A stretch of DNA of 64,000 nucleotides. Origin: Camelus dromedarius (taxonomy: Eukaryota). Positions 1 to 10,196 of the stretch are shown here, in pieces. Location: contig NC_087436.1 of the NCBI RefSeq assembly GCF_036321535.1, positions 4,340,001-4,404,000 on the forward strand, written 5' to 3'. Made by a program: the position numbers and the translations under genes. The notes below the pieces were generated by a model. It searched no databases, was not told the DNA's origin, and saw only the letters and a list, made by a program, of their open reading frames with translations. The stretch's first letter is position 1, and the number at the start of each line of letters is the position of its first letter.

Positions 1-1589
1 TTCTGAAAGTTAGTAAGCAACTCTGACGGAGTATAATTTACTCTCAAACGAGTTGGTTGGTTTGTCTGTTCCTCCCCCAAAAAACAGCCTAGCAAGACTG
101 GATTTCTCTTCCTATCTTTGTGAAACATGGGCTACATGACTTCCTCAAGGTAGGATTTAGCATTATTTGTCTTTGGTTCCACGTCTAACATTACATCCAC
201 TACAAAAATACTTTTAATGTCAGCACCTATTTTAAAAAGAATTTAAGGTTCTTAACAAAAGCATAACAAGAACAAGACATATAAAGAACAAGACACCTGG
301 AGAAGTTCCAGAGGAGGGCAAAGTGATCAAAGGGATGGAAGAAATTATTTTAAACCAGACAGAGTCAGGGAAGATGATAGTAAAGAGGAACAATGAGAAT
401 CTACAAAACCAGGAAAAGGCAAACTCCAGCTCATTCTAGCATTTCTCAAAACACAAGCTCAGGATGCGTCCTGGAACTTTAAAGAGGCTGATTTGAGGAA
501 AATAAATGAATTGTTAATAAACAAATGGGCCAATAAATTTGTAGAATTCATTACTTCAGAAGAAAAAAGTACAGAATAAAAAGTGTTTGAGAAAGTTTTA
601 AATAAGTGTAATCAAGATCGGGAATGGGAAATTTAGCACAGATAACCCGACTTAAATTTATTCCACAAAGCCTCTTTCAGCAGTGGCTTAAGAACGTGAG
701 CCCACACGTCACCCAGAGGGCCTGTAATTCTCAGTATAGTACTGTCTATGTTGTTATACAAAATGCCACCCTATGCTTAACCCTTAAGGTCTGTATAAAT
801 ATACGAAATGTTCATTATTTTCCTGCACCGTAATTTGGCACTCTGAGAGGATACCTAAAATACAAATCAAAGATTCTACAACTTCTTAAAATAACACAAG
901 GCGAAAAAAATCATCCTCATTTGATAGAGAAGACAACCCAAATAAGCAAAGTCACAAGTCATCCCACCAATAAAAATGTGCTATCGATTAGGAACATGCT
1001 ACTCAAAAAAAAAAAAAAAGCATTTGGGTAAGGAAAAAGTCTAATAACTTTTTAATAAACTGGTTAAAGTGCTAAATGCTCTCCCCCAAATCAGTTGTGA
1101 TTCCTAAGAACTCTGAATTTCCCGAGTAATTGATCTCAGTTACCGTGTCCTCCTGATAACGCAGGAACTGCACCCAGGAAACAAGAGGGTAAGAATCTCC
1201 TGTACTGAAAGAAAAACTCTCAAGGAAGACTGCAGAGAAGGGGAGGAATTTTAATTTCAGAGGCTCCCATTTGGGAGCCCAAGTAAGAGTTTCCCAGAAA
1301 CAAAAACTACAGCGCTGTTTCCCACCCGGTGTACCAGGAAAAGCTACATACACAGGGATGTCCTCTGTGCGCACACACGCTCTGGCTTCCTCAGTTTCCT
1401 TCTGCCAATTACTGTCCAGAAACCTACCAGTGTCCACTCTGGGGAAAGACAGAACTCCTCGAAAAGAAACCTGCAGGCTGGCACATGACACGCACAGAGA
1501 GCTAAAAGGTTACGAAACACAGGACTGCCTGATGCCTTCTGCCCGCAGCGAGGACTCGGTTCCCTGCTCACCTATACACTCCCCACACT

Positions 1590-2628
1590 CCGGGAAAACG
1601 TCGGCAAAACTCCGCGGGATGCGCGGGCCTCCTCCCCCTCCCTTCACCCCCAATTCCCCTTCCCGGGGCCACTCACACGTTAGAGAAGAGCGGAGCGCTG
1701 GAAGTGGGCTGGTTCCCTTCCTCCTCCGGGCGAGGCGGCAGCTGCGGCAGGTCCGCGCGTTACCGAGGAAGCAGCGGCGCTGGTACCGCTAAGCCGGGCG
1801 GCCACCCGGGTGTCTTCCGCGCCCGCGGAGCAGAGGAGGCGGCGGCCCCAATTACCTCCTCTCTCTTCCTCTTCCTGGATCTCTTCAGGCTGGGTCTTCG
1901 GCCCGTCCCGGGCCACTTGTTCCCGGACAGTCACGTTTGGGAGGCTCCGGATTTCGTTTCCGTAGTTTCCTCTGGGCAGAAGCCGCGGGTCCCCCGGGTG
2001 CCCCAACCCGGGGCGGGGGAGGGCGCTCTCAGACCTGCCCCGCAGTCCTGCCGCGGAGCTGGGGGCCGGCCACTGGCCGAGGGAGAAGTCCCCGAGGGGG
2101 CGGAGGGGCGGGGGGAGGGAAGGAAAGGACGGCGGCGCGGGGCCTGCTGTCCCCGCCGCCCCGGCTGCCGCTTCACATCAGCCCCCCCAACACCGGGGGC
2201 CGGGGTCGGGGTAGCCGAGCTGGGGGTCCCGGCTCATATTCCCCAGGGCGAGATGCTAAGGCCGTGGGCGGGTGGCCGAGGTGCCGCCCCGCTCGGCGCC
2301 GCCCCCGCTCCCGACTCCCGCACTTGTAGCTACGGCTGCGACCCCCTCCCTCCACCTTGTGGGGGGTCCCTCGCCCCGCGCCTCTGGACGAGACAGAAGC
2401 TGCCGCCCCTCCGCGGCGTCCTCTCACCGCGGAGTGGCTGACTAGTCCCGCCCGAGGCAGCCGCTCCTGCCCCCCCGCCGCGGGGCGCGGGCCCCGGCGT
2501 GTGCAGCCTGCTCCCTACGCCGCCGCTGCCGCCGGGAAGGTGGGGGCGGAGGGGCGGCCGCGGCTCCCGCTGGCCGCAGGTAGGTCCGAGGTCTCCGCGG
2601 CGGCCAGTGCCCGGTGTCCTCGCTCTCC

Positions 2629-2659
<31 letters not shown>

Positions 2660-2735
2660 TCAGCTCGCTGTGCTGCTCGCTCAGGGCGGGGCTCCCCCCT
2701 CTCTCCAGAGAGAGGGGCGCGAGGAAAGCGGTGCA
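1590..2735. promoter_or_regulatory. CpG island / promoter and 5' exons of an unidentified gene, probably transcribed on the minus strand
   Basis: Very GC- and CpG-rich, with GC boxes (GGGCGG). Minus-strand donors are AACGT|GTGAGT (exon end 1677) and CCGCG|GTGAGA (exon end 2428). A candidate acceptor, cttctgcccag|, lies near 1972. No convincing CDS, so probably 5' UTR exons. Confidence 0.8.
2630..2659 (+). repeat. (GGC)10 trinucleotide repeat in CpG island
   Basis: Read directly: 30 nt of uninterrupted GGC. Confidence 0.97.
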
Positions 2736-2739
2736 GACT

Positions 2740-2900
2740 GATGACTCCTTATAAGGACACTAGTCCCATTCAGGAGGGCTCCACGTTCATGACCTCATCT
2801 AATCCTAATCACCTCCCAAAGGCCCCACCTCTTAGCACCTCGCAAGGAGGAAAAGGAAGGGGGGGTGGCGGGACAGAATAGGATTTCACTTGTGAACATT
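2740..2900. mobile_element. MLT1 (MaLR) LTR fragment
   Basis: ccttataaggacactagtcccatt...atgacctcatctaatcctaatcacctcccaaaggccccacctc matches the recalled MLT1 consensus. Confidence 0.8.
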
Positions 2901-3574
2901 CAGAACATTCATAACACCCTTAAAGATGTTTTTCTTAAGAAGCCCATCTACCCTAGAGATGAAATGCCAATGTTATAAAACAGAGAAATTGCTACTATGG
3001 TTTTTGTTTTGAATAGCAATTTCCCTAATGCTTGGCATGCAAATATCGGTAATACATAGAATTTTCCTTTTGGCTTCTTGTAGTTTAAAAATTAAAGCAA
3101 TGTAATTTCAGGATCATTTTTAATAAGTGAATTTGTGATCTCCAGATGGTTGGCTTTTACTCTCTTACATCATTGCAAAACACATCTTATTAGTGACATT
3201 TTAAATTTTTTAGACCCATGTGTAAGAATGGTTATTCATTTCCCTTTTAAAACCACAAATAAGTATTATTTTTTTTAGTTTAAAGCCATCTGAAACTTAC
3301 AGAATTCCAAGTACAATATAAAGAACTTTTTTTTATCAACTCCCATTTGGGATTGAGTAACCAACTTAATGCCCCATCACCCCCAAAGGCTTAATGGGGT
3401 GCTTCGGTCACCTTCCTACATAATCACAACACAACCATCAAAATCAGGAACTAAACATAGATCATTCATATTACCCAATCCTGAGACCTTTATTAAATTT
3501 CATCAATCATCCCAGTAATATCCTTTATAATAAAAAAAAAAAAGATACACTTCAGAATGTGTTGTTCAGCAGTA

Positions 3575-3716
3575 AACTGGGTGCTTAGTGTCCACAAGGT
3601 CCTGGGTTCAATCCCCAGTACCTCCAATAAAAAATAAATTAATTTTAAAATACATAAAGAAACCTAATTACCTCCCCCCCAAAACAAACAAAAAACAAAA
3701 CAAAACAAACAAAAAA
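3575..3716 (+). mobile_element. 5'-truncated tRNA-derived SINE (Vic-1-type)
   Basis: gtgcttagtgtccacaaggtcctgggttcaatccccagtacctcc (B box), then aacctaattacctcccc and an A-rich tail. Flanked by repeated agaatgtgt. Confidence 0.8.
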
Positions 3717-4519
3717 GAATGTGTATTGCATTTGTCACATTTCTTTAGTGTCCTTTAGTCAGAAATGTTTCTTCAGTCTTCCTTTGACTTTCATGACCTT
3801 GATACTTTTGAAGATTGCAGCCAGTTACTTTGTGGAATAGCCTTCAGTTTGGCAGGAACATCACCAAAAGTGATGCCACGTTCTTCGTGCTCCTCAACAG
3901 GTGACACTCAGCTTCAGGAGCACAACCAACCATCCTGTGCCTTCCATCTTAAAGTTTTAACACAGTCTGTGATCCTTTTCTTCTTGTGTATTGTCTCAGT
4001 TTTCTCCAGGTTAATTTTCTTTTTTGCTTTCATCTTAGACTTCTGTCAAATGTCTGGTGATCCTGGGCTGTCCATACAGGAGAAAAAGCCTGGTTTCCAC
4101 TTTGCCCTGTGCCCATGCCTTTGGGGGCGACTAGTGACTTCATTTCTGACCTTTTCTAGGGTTTCACATCAGGGGTTGGCTGGGCATTGCTGGACGGTGC
4201 CGCAGGAACTTAGGTTTTGCTCCATTTTTCCTTAGTTACTCCTTGTCTATCTACGTTCTATCTTCTAGAATTTCCTGACATCTCCTCTCTGTAGTCACTT
4301 CATCTCCTGTTCTCTTTGTACTTTTTATTCTTTTGTTATTTTAAGGGTTTTTGAGAGGAAGTGGAGGCAAACAGTTTTTTTAAACTGTAGTCTACTTTTT
4401 TTAATGAACATTTATTTTCATTTATTTTTAATTTATGTAAATGGTTGTTAACACTCTCATTTTTAGGTGGGGAGATTTAGTCTTTTTTATTTTTACATTT
4501 CTAATTTTGGTAGCTGTTA

Positions 4520-4702
4520 AAAGGTAGAAACTACTGTGTATAAAATAAATGTTACAAGGATTTGTTGTACAGCACAGGAATATAGCCAGCGTTTTATAAT
4601 AACTTTAAATGGAGTATAATCTACAAAAATATAGAACCACTATGTTGTACTCCTGAAACTAATATAATCTTGTACATTAACCATGCTTCAATACAAAAAA
4701 AA
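4520..4702 (+). mobile_element. L1 3' end fragment
   Basis: ttgtacagcacaggaatatagccagc...tgttgtactcctgaaactaatataatcttgta...caatacaaaaaaa. Confidence 0.8.
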
Positions 4703-4899
4703 TACCCATCATGTCATGGACCGTTCGTTCTTACGGGAGGCAGAAAATCGAGCTGAAAAAGTCAAACAGTGAGTGGTTCCAAGGGCTGCATAGAGAATGA
4801 AGGACACAGTGTACTAAGAAGTGACTTGGTTACTCTTCTACTGGATCAACAGAAAATAACCTCTCTCAGGTAGTGATTTTTAAAGAGAAATATTCACCT

Positions 4900-5400
4900 A
4901 CCAGGTAAAGAACAGGGAAACAAACAGCATTATTGGCAGAGGGAACAGTTAGTTCAAAGCTCCTAACATGAAATGAGCTTGGCATGTCTAGGGGAGAAGA
5001 AAGGCCACTGTAGCACAAGTGGACAAGGGGGAAGAGTGGTATAAAGTCAGCGAGTTGGATGCTTGCAAACCCATCCAGGGCTTTATAAACCGCAAGGAGT
5101 CTGGATTTTATTCTCATGTGATGGGAGGCCAACAGAGTGTTCTATATCAGGGAGGAACACAGTCTGATTTATGTCACAGACCAGGCTGGCTGCACTGTGG
5201 TGAAGGAACACTGGGACAGTACTTGGGAACTGTCTCAGTGGCCTAGGTGAGATGACGGTGTCCTGGGTTAGGATGGTGGCAGTAAAGAGGGAGAGAACTA
5301 GAGGGATGACAGATATATTCCTGAGACAGAGGTGACAGAGCTTGGTGACAGACTGACTGTATCTTGCAGATGAAAGCAAGAACTGAAGGAGTTGCTTATG
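4900..5400 (-). mobile_element. L2 fragment
   Basis: ggcagagggaacag...ggagtctggattttattctcatgtgatgggaggcca...atctgattt is typical antisense L2. Confidence 0.65.
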
Positions 5401-5419
5401 AGACAAACTTACAGTATAG

Positions 5420-5651
5420 TTTTTTAAATTGAAGTACAGTCAGTTTACAATGTGTGTCAATTTCTGGTGCACAGCACAACGTTCCAGCCATACACATACA
5501 TACGTATACTGGTGGGAAGGGATACATTGGGAGTTTGAGATTTGCAGATACTACCTACTACATATAAAATAGATAAACAGCAAATTTCTTCTATATAGCA
5601 CAGGAAATTATATTCAATATCTTGTAGTAACCTATAATGAAAAAAATGTGA
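5420..5651 (-). mobile_element. Short L1 3' insertion with 5' inversion and TSD
   Basis: Antisense L1 tail (5420-5510) is followed by the upstream L1 part in sense orientation (5511-5650). TSD ttacagtatagtttt / ttacaatatagctttt. Confidence 0.8.
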
Positions 5652-6105
5652 TTACAATATAGCTTTTAGAAATAGAAACTTACCTATTTCATGAACTATT
5701 CAAAGTCTTTATCCAGCTATTCTTTCGAATAATGCGCCATTATCAATCGTTGTCACTACCCAAAGTAAACATTCCAAGGTATTTACAACATTGGAAACAC
5801 TAAATGACAAGAGATAACAAATAGCCTTGAAGGAAATCCACATCATTCAAGGAATATCACATCATAAAAACAGCCAGTCATGAACTTTAGAAATTTCTCC
5901 TTTGATTTAGCTCATCTGCACAATTATTGGCCAGTAAGCCCAGGACAAGAAATTTTTAATTCATTAATAAAACTGGGGACAGTGGGTAGTGTCTTTTCAC
6001 CTCTCCAGGTGCAGGTTGGTGTGGTCGCAGTTTCCCAGGATAATCTGGCAGGTGGGAGCAGTCACTGCTGCACTGCTGGGGACTCCACGGCCTTCTTCTC
6101 TGCGC

Positions 6106-6149
6106 TCCTGGGAGTCATGCATGGATGTCCTGGGAGTCATGCATGGATG
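6106..6149. repeat. 22-bp tandem duplication (tcctgggagtcatgcatggatg)x2
   Basis: Read directly. Confidence 0.95.
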
Positions 6150-6613
6150 ACACAGTTGCAGGAGCCAGACAGACGTGATAGGTGTGGTGGGCCCACCGCC
6201 ATGGCTTCCTGGGAAGTGTAGCTTAGCTCTGCTAGTCTGTGTATTCCCACATTTCTCATCCCTTCTCATCTCCTCTTCCTAACCTTCCCCCTCGTGTCAT
6301 TTCAGCTTTCTGCTTTCCAAGGGGAAGGCTGTAAAAAATTTTTTTAATGTATTGGATGATTTCCAATTTGCAGTTTCAGGTATGAAGCCCAGTGTGGGCT
6401 TTGTGAGAGAACCGCAAACCTGTGAGAAAGAACTCTGCTGTCAGGATAAGGGACCCTGTTCCTCCATCCAGCGGAAAAGAAATTGAAAATAGGTCTTCCT
6501 TTTCCCTTGTCTAGAAAAACAAGTGTCCCCAAAGCGCGCAGCCTGGGCTGAGGCTCCAGCCTTTGGCAGCGAGTAACCAAAAGCTATGACTGGGGCCCAG
6601 ATTGGGTCCTTAC

Positions 6614-7632
6614 CTCCTGGATGTGCTCCCTGGCCCCCTGAAGCTCTTCTCTGTAGCCCTTCTGCTGCAGCTCGCTAAGGCTTTCATAATACCCCTCTGG
6701 GTCACGGGTCTCTGTGAAGAGCACCTGGGAGAGGATCTTCCAGCTGGAGGTGTCCAGTGCGTGGCCCAGGGAGACCTGGAGCTGGTAACGCAGAATGGGG
6801 ACCTCCTGCTCAGTCATCTCTGGGGCGTCCCCGGACAGCACTGTCCACACGCCCCAGAGCCCCGCGGGGAGTACCGGCAGGCATGGCTCCAGCTGCGAGC
6901 GCACGGAGCTGGGGTGCTGGTGCGCCGCGCAGATGCTGAAGGAAGCGCCCAGCCCAGCTCCTCGCCAGGGACTCCAGCTCCCTGCCATGTGGCAGCTGCT
7001 CCGCCACCAAGAGCCCAGCGATGCCCGGTCCGCCTCGCCCTCCCTCACCATTTCTAGCATCTCAGTCTCCTCGGTGACCGTCACGCAGGCGCTCACTACC
7101 CGCACTGACAACACCGGGGCCTCCTAGGGCGCCATCGCGGCTGGCCCCCGCCCCACCTCTGCCTCCAGATGCACTCCGGGCCGGGCTGGACGTGGCCCGC
7201 ACTGGGCTCTGGAGAGGACTCTCCGCCTCCTTTCCTGCCAAACTCCATGGCAGCAGGCACCCTGGAAGGCTGCACATGCTCCGAGGAGAGCTGCCCTCCG
7301 ACCAGGCCAGGAGCCTCCGGGGGCCCCAGGCTCCTGCCCGGTGTTACCGAGGCAGTGGCCTCGGGCCGGCCCCTGCTCACTGGGCAGCTCGGCCTGCAGG
7401 TCCTGTCGGATGTGAGTGCGCCAGGCTCGGCGCCCCCTTGCACACCCGCCTGATGCTGGATGCTGCTCCTCTGCCTCTGGGCCGGCTGGTTGTGGCAGCT
7501 TATGGCAAACTTAGCCTCAATCTCATTCCGGGAGACGACAGAGACAAACCTGTGCTTCCCCTGCTCCTCCAGCCCATGCGGCCTCATGGCCACCCGGTCA
7601 AACTCGAGCGTCTCCTCGAGGGCCAACGACAT
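6614..7632 (-). pseudogene. JMY: Unprocessed pseudogene copy of JMY exon 1 (junction-mediating and regulatory protein)
   Basis: Kozak GCCACCATG at 7632. MSLALEETLEFDRVAMRPH...NEIEAKFAISCHNQPAQRQRS matches JMY MSFALEETLESDWVAVRPH...NEIEGKFAITCHNRTAQRQRS. SQLEPCLPV...APEMTEQE...WKILSQVLFTETRDPEGYYESLSELQQKGY...IQE matches the end of JMY exon 1. About 4 frameshifts and an in-frame TAG at 7124-7126. Ends at donor GAG|GTAAGG. Confidence 0.93.
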
Positions 7633-7914
7633 GGTGGCTCTGGTGCCAGGCCACAGGGAAGGTGCCACTGGCCCTGCCGGCCAGGGGACTCACCGGCTGG
7701 CTGAGCCGCACCCAGCCCCCCACCACTCACCCTCGCTGGGTGCCTTCAGCCATCCTGGCGTGCTGGCGGCTCTGCCCCCTCGCTCGCCTGCTGCTCCGTG
7801 CTCAGAGCCTCGCGCTCCTTTGTGGCTCGGCTGGCAGGAAAGACAATACGTGCCCCAGGAGCAGGTACAGATACACACTACTATCTATAAAATACAGAAA
7901 CATCAACTCCCAGG

Positions 7915-8260
7915 TCCTTAATAGCAACAGACAAAAGATGTCACTAAAGAAGATGAGATAAGAGCAGGTCCCCATCATCCAGAGTCCCTCCGAAAGAGTC
8001 CGCAGAAGTAAAGAGGAGATGAACAAGAGAAACAGTTTACTTATACACACGCAGGAGCCAACCAGAAAAGTAACTACCATGTTACATGGTGCAAGTTAAA
8101 GGCTTTTTTTTATCAACCTAACTTAATAGGGCAAAGGGAGAGGAAAGAACTGGCTTCCATGACAGATTTCCTTCTGCATCTATCGAATCTCAGGCATCTT
8201 CAGCTTAAAGTGCCTTTGTATCAGCCATGGGTTCCATCTGACTTTCCATTCCTCGAACTT
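7915..8260 (-). mobile_element. ERV1-type LTR remnant (MER34-like)
   Basis: ttccttctgcatctatcgaatctcaggcatcttcagcttaaag resembles the antisense MER34-type LTR start. Preceded by a short L1 3' piece (7863-7905). Confidence 0.45.
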
Positions 8261-9221
8261 TGTTCCTCTTTTTCAAGATTCACTCATCTATTATGAGCCC
8301 CTGGATTTTCCACGTGAATTTCAGATTGATTGTCAATTCCTGCAAAACACCACCTGGGATTTGGGCAGGCATTCTTTGAATCCTTAGATCTATTCATGGA
8401 CTATTGTCATCTTAGTAGTCCGCTCCATGAATATGGGGTTATTTTCTGTGAATGTAGGTCTTAATTTCTCTCAACAAAATCTCTCAGCTATTGCAGCCTT
8501 CAGTGGCCAAGCCTGGTACTTCCTCACCTCTGTGGGATGCTGATGCAGAACGGACACGACATCCTGGAGAACCTCTACTGCCATGGAGCTGACTTGGAAC
8601 TGAGTCCTGAGAAGGCTTTATTCTTTACGGATTCTTAACTCCTGTAGAATTCATATTTTACTCTCATAAATGCTTATTGTCCTCATAATAAATCTTTTAA
8701 AAATAGGATTAATGTACTTCAATTACTCCATAGATGAGTAATGGATGGGTCACATTCACATAGGATTTTAATCCTTTTAGAATTAGTAGAGCAATACACA
8801 TAACAAAAAATTGAAACATTGCCTAAAAGAGAAGAGATTTGTAAATCCCACCCACAGAGGTGACTGTCATGAATGATTTGGTGCTTATCTCTCAGTCTCT
8901 GTGTCTCTCAGTATGTATCTCTCTGTCTCTGTCTCTCACACACTCACAATCAGATTCATTTACATCTATGTTGATTTCACACATATGTGGTCGTGCAGAT
9001 GGGACCCAGGATGCAGATAGTGGGTCTGCATACTTCCACCTTGAGGCCTCCCTTGACATCGGGTAGAAACCCGACATCCACTTTTCCAACTGCACACCGT
9101 TCATTCATCCACGTGAACCAGAACTGATGGAAACCATTCCCTCTCCATCAACCTAGTGTTGCTTTAATTCCCACTGTTTCAACCAGTGCTGTGATGAACA
9201 CCCTTGAAAAGACATCTTTGA

Positions 9222-9897
9222 ACAGCTGTGCAAGGACTTTACTGGGATGACGTCTAGAGGATCAGCACTGCTGGGGCAGGGATGCACCTGTGGCCCTTTG
9301 ATGTGTCCTGTACCCTTTTCCCCCGGAGAGGAGCATCTGTTTGCTCTTCCCTCCAGGAGACCTGCTGGGGCCTCTGCCTCCTCACATTGTCACCAGGGAT
9401 GGTTGTCAGCAGGCTAAAGACCTGCCAGCATGATGGTGACCAGTGCTGTCCCACAGTGTGTCCGTCTGCCCGTGTCCTCACCCGAGAGGTCGAGCATCTC
9501 TAGCACACACTGGCCACCTGCGCTGCCTCTCGTTGAACCTGCCCGTGTGTGTGCGGTTTCTGTTGAGAACACTGGGTTTCGAGAGGTTTTTGGACCACAG
9601 GGACGTGAAACCTTTCTCCAACCTTGGGTTAAGAGGAACGCATTTTCCAGGTTGTGGTTTGTCTTTCCAGCTGTTTTTCTGGGCTTTGGCTTGTTTTTTG
9701 ATTTGTTTGGTTTTGTTTTTGCCACAGGAAGAGCTAAGCGTCTCCCTTCTGTCCTCTGGCTGTGGTGTCACAGGGGGAACAGCAGCGTCTATCCCGAGAT
9801 CATGCGCAGTGTTACTAAAAGGGCTTCATTTTGTGCATCACATCTTTAATTCCCCTGGATTTCCCTTTCAAATAATAAAAATGCTACTTCAAGTAAA
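9222..9897. repeat. Direct repeat copy A (~680 bp, partly old antisense L1), paired with 12856-13530
   Basis: Near-identical sequence at offset 3632. The paired ORFs 9430..9849 and 13062..13481 translate almost identically. Confidence 0.95.
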
Positions 9898-9934
9898 AAC
9901 AAAAGAAAATCACCAGCCCCAGTTTAAAACATGT

Positions 9935-10180
9935 GGGCAGGCACAAAAAGCCACCTTTCATATGGTTTCATTGACAGGGAACACCCAGGAGAGGTACAGA
10001 CCCCCAGAGACGAAGAGGACTCGGGGCTGACAGGGGCTGGGGGAGGGAGGGAGGGGAGTGTGCGCTCTGGATCCAGGGTTGTACTTTGAGGAAAGAAATA
10101 GTGTGAAATTAGATGGTAGTGATGGTCGCACAGCATTGTGAATGCACTTAACGCTCCTGAATTGCACAATTTAAAAGGGG
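9935..10180 (+). mobile_element. Old L1M (L1MB/MC-type) 3' end
   Basis: aattagatggtagtgatggtcgcacagcattgtgaatgcacttaacgctcctgaattgcacaatttaaaa. Confidence 0.75.
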
Positions 10181-10196
10181 AAAAATCTATATTTTA

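Noticed and set aside
1072..2881. Overlapping long ORFs across the CpG island (e.g. 1704..2441, 2357..2881)
   Set aside because: These are G/A/P/R-rich translations in several frames, caused by stop-poor GC-rich DNA. No recognisable domain.
6584..7668. ORFs 7096..7668 and 6584..7114 as a functional JMY gene
   Set aside because: Homology switches frame several times, there is an in-frame TAG, and no further JMY exons are visible.
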